From an uncultured Thermodesulfobacteriota bacterium (GTDB lineage: Bacteria > Desulfobacterota > WTBG01 > CAIYCZ01 > CAIRTM01), in assembly GCA_964387595.1 (NCBI GenBank), contig CAYLYF010000002.1:7403-71402 (forward strand): a DNA stretch of 64,000 bases. Direction: 5' to 3'. Below are positions 61,196 to 64,000 of this stretch, piece by piece. The notes under the pieces are model-generated. The model searched no databases, had not been told where the DNA came from, and worked only from the letters and a program-made list of their open reading frames with translations. How positions within the stretch are numbered: position 1 is the first letter of the stretch; every line of letters begins with the position of its first letter. Made by a program: the position numbers and the translations under genes.

Positions 61196-62215
61196 TTAAT
61201 TCATGCTCCCGGTTAGTTCTGCAAGCTCATTTAGCTTTTTAAGGGCATTTCCGCTGTCAATTGATTCTGCTGCGATCTTTATGGCATCATTTAGATCATC
61301 CGTTTTTCCTGAGGCAAAGATAGCTGCTGCTGCATTTAAAACGACGATATCCCGATGAGGCGATTTTTTCCCTTTTAGCAGATCAAGAATTATCCCGGCA
61401 TTTATATCAGGAGTTCCGCCTTTAAGGTCATTTATGTTTGAAAGCGTAAATCCCAGATCAACAGGTGAGATCCTGTATTCAGTTATTGTTTCATCTTTAA
61501 GGTCATATACGATAGTTTCATCACACAGGGTTATTTCATCCAGACCGTCACAGCCGTGGACAACCAGGGCTCTTTTCCTTCCGAGTTTTTTTAATACATT
61601 TGCAAGCTTTCCGGTCAGGTCAGCTGAAAAGACACCCAGTAGCTGTATATCCGCATCTGCCGGGTTTGTTAGGGGGCCAAGAATGTTAAATATCGTTTTG
61701 ATCCCGATCTCTTTTCTTGGAACCGCAGCATATTTCATCGCAAGGTGAAGGTTTCTGGCAAAAAGAAAACCAATCCCGATATCCTCAATACATTCTGCTA
61801 CATTTTTCGGGTTAATATTTATGTTTATACCCAGTTTTTCAATGACATCAGCGCTTCCGCACATGCTTGATGCAGATCTGTTTCCATGTTTTGCGACCTT
61901 TAATCCTGCACCGCTCACCACAAAAGCAGCTGCAGTTGATATATTAAAGGTATTTGACATGTCACCGCCGGTACCGACAATATCAATCAGGTCATGATTA
62001 GACTTAACCGGAATGCTCAGTGCTTTTTCCCGCATTACTTTGGCGGCTGCTGTTATTTCATCAATTGTTTCACCTTTGACGGCTAACGCTGTTAGAAAAG
62101 CTGCGATCTGTGATTCCGATGCCCTGCCTTCCATGATCTGATCCATGGCCGCAGTCATCTTAGCTTGTGAAAGGTCTTCACCTTTAATGAGTTGTGTGAT
62201 TGCTTCTTTAATCAT
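61196..62215 (-). CDS. trpD: Anthranilate phosphoribosyltransferase
   Basis: The GTGGD motif and the glycosyltransferase family 3 fold signature are present. The ORF is 339 aa. Confidence 0.95.
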   Translation of the reverse strand: MIKEAITQLIKGEDLSQAKMTAAMDQIMEGRASESQIAAFLTALAVKGETIDEITAAAKVMREKALSIPVKSNHDLIDIVGTGGDMSNTFNISTAAAFVVSGAGLKVAKHGNRSASSMCGSADVIEKLGINININPKNVAECIEDIGIGFLFARNLHLAMKYAAVPRKEIGIKTIFNILGPLTNPADADIQLLGVFSADLTGKLANVLKKLGRKRALVVHGCDGLDEITLCDETIVYDLKDETITEYRISPVDLGFTLSNINDLKGGTPDINAGIILDLLKGKKSPHRDIVVLNAAAAIFASGKTDDLNDAIKIAAESIDSGNALKKLNELAELTGSMN

Positions 62216-62218
62216 GAA

Positions 62219-62809
62219 CTATTTTTTTGCTTTCCAAAAGGCAGTTGCCATTTTAAGGAAATTATTTAAAATTTCCTTACCCTGCCCGGTTAATATTGAT
62301 TCGGGATGGAACTGTATTCCTTCAATTAGATATTTTTCATGGGATACCCCCATAATTTCATCCTGGTCAGTCCAGGCTGATATTTTAAAGCAGTCAGGTA
62401 TCGTTTTTTTATTAATGATTAAGGAATGATATCGGGTTGCTTCAAAATTATTTGGGATATTTTTGAAAAGATTTGAATTGTTATGTTCGATTTTAGATGT
62501 CTTGCCATGCATTATTCTGTTTGCGCGGATAATATCAGCGCCAAAAACCTCGCCGATGCACTGATGACCCAAACAAACACCCAGGATAGGATATTTACCT
62601 TTACAGGTTGAGATGATCTCTTTTGAGAGTCCCGCACTTTCAGGTCTTCCCGGTCCCGGAGAAATGACTATTTTATCAGGTTTTATTTTATCAATATCTG
62701 AAAATGTTATTTTATCGTTTCTAAATACTTTTACCTTTTCCTTCAACTCTCCAAAGTACTGAACCAGGTTATAAGTAAAAGAATCGTAATTATCTATCAT
62801 TAAAAGCAT
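62219..62809 (-). CDS. trpG: Anthranilate synthase component II (glutamine amidotransferase)
   Basis: The class I GATase triad region (GVCLGHQ) is present. The start is taken at MLLMIDNYDSFT, 2 nt after the trpE stop. The track ORF starts 7 codons upstream and overlaps the end of trpE. Confidence 0.9.
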   Translation of the reverse strand: MLLMIDNYDSFTYNLVQYFGELKEKVKVFRNDKITFSDIDKIKPDKIVISPGPGRPESAGLSKEIISTCKGKYPILGVCLGHQCIGEVFGADIIRANRIMHGKTSKIEHNNSNLFKNIPNNFEATRYHSLIINKKTIPDCFKISAWTDQDEIMGVSHEKYLIEGIQFHPESILTGQGKEILNNFLKMATAFWKAKK

Positions 62810-62810
62810 T

Positions 62811-64000
62811 TTACAGGTCCTCATGTGCATGTTTGATTGCTTTTATCATTCCTTTTGCTTTGTTCTGGGTCTCGACAAATTCATTTTCCGGTTTTGAATC
62901 CATTACAATTCCGGCACCGGCCTGAATATATATCTTGTCATTTTTAACCAGCATTGTCCTAATGGTAATACAGAAATCCATGTTTCCGGAAAATCCAAAA
63001 TAACCCACTGAGCCGGAGTATGGGCCTCTGCGGTGTTTTTCCAGTTCATCTATTATTTCCATAGCCCTGATCTTGGGGGCACCGGAAACAGTACCGGCTG
63101 GAAATGATGCCATTAAAACATCAAATGCATTTTTGCCCTTTTTTAGGATCCCATAAACACTGGATACCAGGTGCATCACATGGGAGTATCTTTCAATGAC
63201 CATAAAATCCTTAACCGTGACACTTCCCATTTTTGATACTCTGCCCACATCGTTTCGGCCGAGGTCTACCAGCATAATGTGCTCAGCGATTTCCTTGGGA
63301 TCCTTTTTTAGGCTGTTTTCCAGCCGAATATCCTCATTTTCATTTTTTCCTCTGGGCCTTGTTCCGGCAATGGGTCTTAAAAAGATTTCATCATTTTCAA
63401 GGCGTACCAAAACTTCGGGTGAAGATCCCACAATGATATCTTCATCCATCTTCAGGTAGTACATGTAGGGTGAAGGATTGACCATGCGAAGGGAGCGGTA
63501 CAGTTTGAAAGGATCTGTATTTAAATCTGTCTCAAAACGCTGCGAAAGCACCACCTGGATTATTTCTCCGGCACGTATATATTTTTTTGCTTTATTTACG
63601 ATATCCTTGAAGTCTTTTTTCTTAAAATTTGAGCGGACACGCATTTCCTTACCCGGTGAACAGGCCGCAGGTTTCTTTAAGGGTCTGTTAAGCAGTGAGA
63701 TGATAGTATCAATTATCTGGACTGCCTTTTTATACTGAGAATCAATGCCTGGATTTTTTTCATCCAAATGGACATTGCATACCACTTTTACGTTATGTTT
63801 CAGATTGTCAAAGATAACCAGGGTATCTGTGATCATGAAATAAGAGTCATTCCAGTCTGTATCATCTTTTACTGTATCCGGAAGTTCTTCAAAAAACTTA
63901 ACCATGTCGTAGCTCATAAAACCCACTGCACCGCCGTAAAATCTGGGGAGTCCCTCAAGCTCGACCGGTTTGAACTCCTGCATAATGTCACGGAGGATCA
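62811..64000 (-). CDS. trpE: Anthranilate synthase component I (C-terminal ~390 aa; N-terminus beyond window end)
   Basis: Chorismate-binding domain motifs are present (GGAVGFMSYD, PEVLVR, IAGTRPRG). The ORF continues past position 64000. Confidence 0.9.
   Translation of the reverse strand, partial: ILRDIMQEFKPVELEGLPRFYGGAVGFMSYDMVKFFEELPDTVKDDTDWNDSYFMITDTLVIFDNLKHNVKVVCNVHLDEKNPGIDSQYKKAVQIIDTIISLLNRPLKKPAACSPGKEMRVRSNFKKKDFKDIVNKAKKYIRAGEIIQVVLSQRFETDLNTDPFKLYRSLRMVNPSPYMYYLKMDEDIIVGSSPEVLVRLENDEIFLRPIAGTRPRGKNENEDIRLENSLKKDPKEIAEHIMLVDLGRNDVGRVSKMGSVTVKDFMVIERYSHVMHLVSSVYGILKKGKNAFDVLMASFPAGTVSGAPKIRAMEIIDELEKHRRGPYSGSVGYFGFSGNMDFCITIRTMLVKNDKIYIQAGAGIVMDSKPENEFVETQNKAKGMIKAIKHAHEDL

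Overview
This is a low-GC (roughly 35-40%) bacterial chromosomal segment from a Gram-negative organism, shown by LptD, DegP, TrkAH and an Opp-type ABC importer. Most of it is housekeeping sequence with dense, mostly minus-strand coding. Identifiable genes include ffh, tkt, trkH/trkA, plsX and oppABC-like genes (no ATPase genes), ftsY-smc, a trehalose module (treT-like GT4 plus otsA-like GT20 plus usp), the block thrS-infC-rpmI-rplT-pheS-pheT-ihfA-merR, tRNA-Val(GAC), miaB, degP, pcm, ligA, a GGDEF response regulator, lptD, folC and a trpE(partial)-G-D-C-B-A operon with no trpF. The gene order resembles Deltaproteobacteria/Desulfobacterota, but that assignment is tentative. Several features are not housekeeping. 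(i) The chemotaxis cluster is visibly decaying: cheA lacks P1/P2, carries a frameshift and an internal deletion, cheB has a receiver-domain deletion plus a frameshift, and there is a CheC/X-like fragment, while cheR, cheD and cheY look intact. (ii) Other signalling genes are also broken: a PilZ gene with an in-frame TAA, a cNMP-binding fragment and a PQQ-repeat protein remnant. (iii) Two families of MITE-like elements with terminal inverted repeats are present, each in two copies: R1 (~395 bp) and R2 (~270 bp). The R1 copies are direct repeats that bracket plsX-oppCBA. (iv) Short tandem heptamer arrays (GTGARRA)x3-5 occur at four intergenic sites hugging gene ends. (v) There is an unusual ORF with a C-terminal HPr domain and an unrecognised ~330-aa N-terminal region. 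(vi) An AT-rich single-gene islet encodes a possible PIN-like protein. No CRISPR array, rRNA or intact transposase was seen. All calls come from reading the sequence and the supplied ORF translations; no database search was run. Coordinates of non-ORF features are approximate to a few bp.
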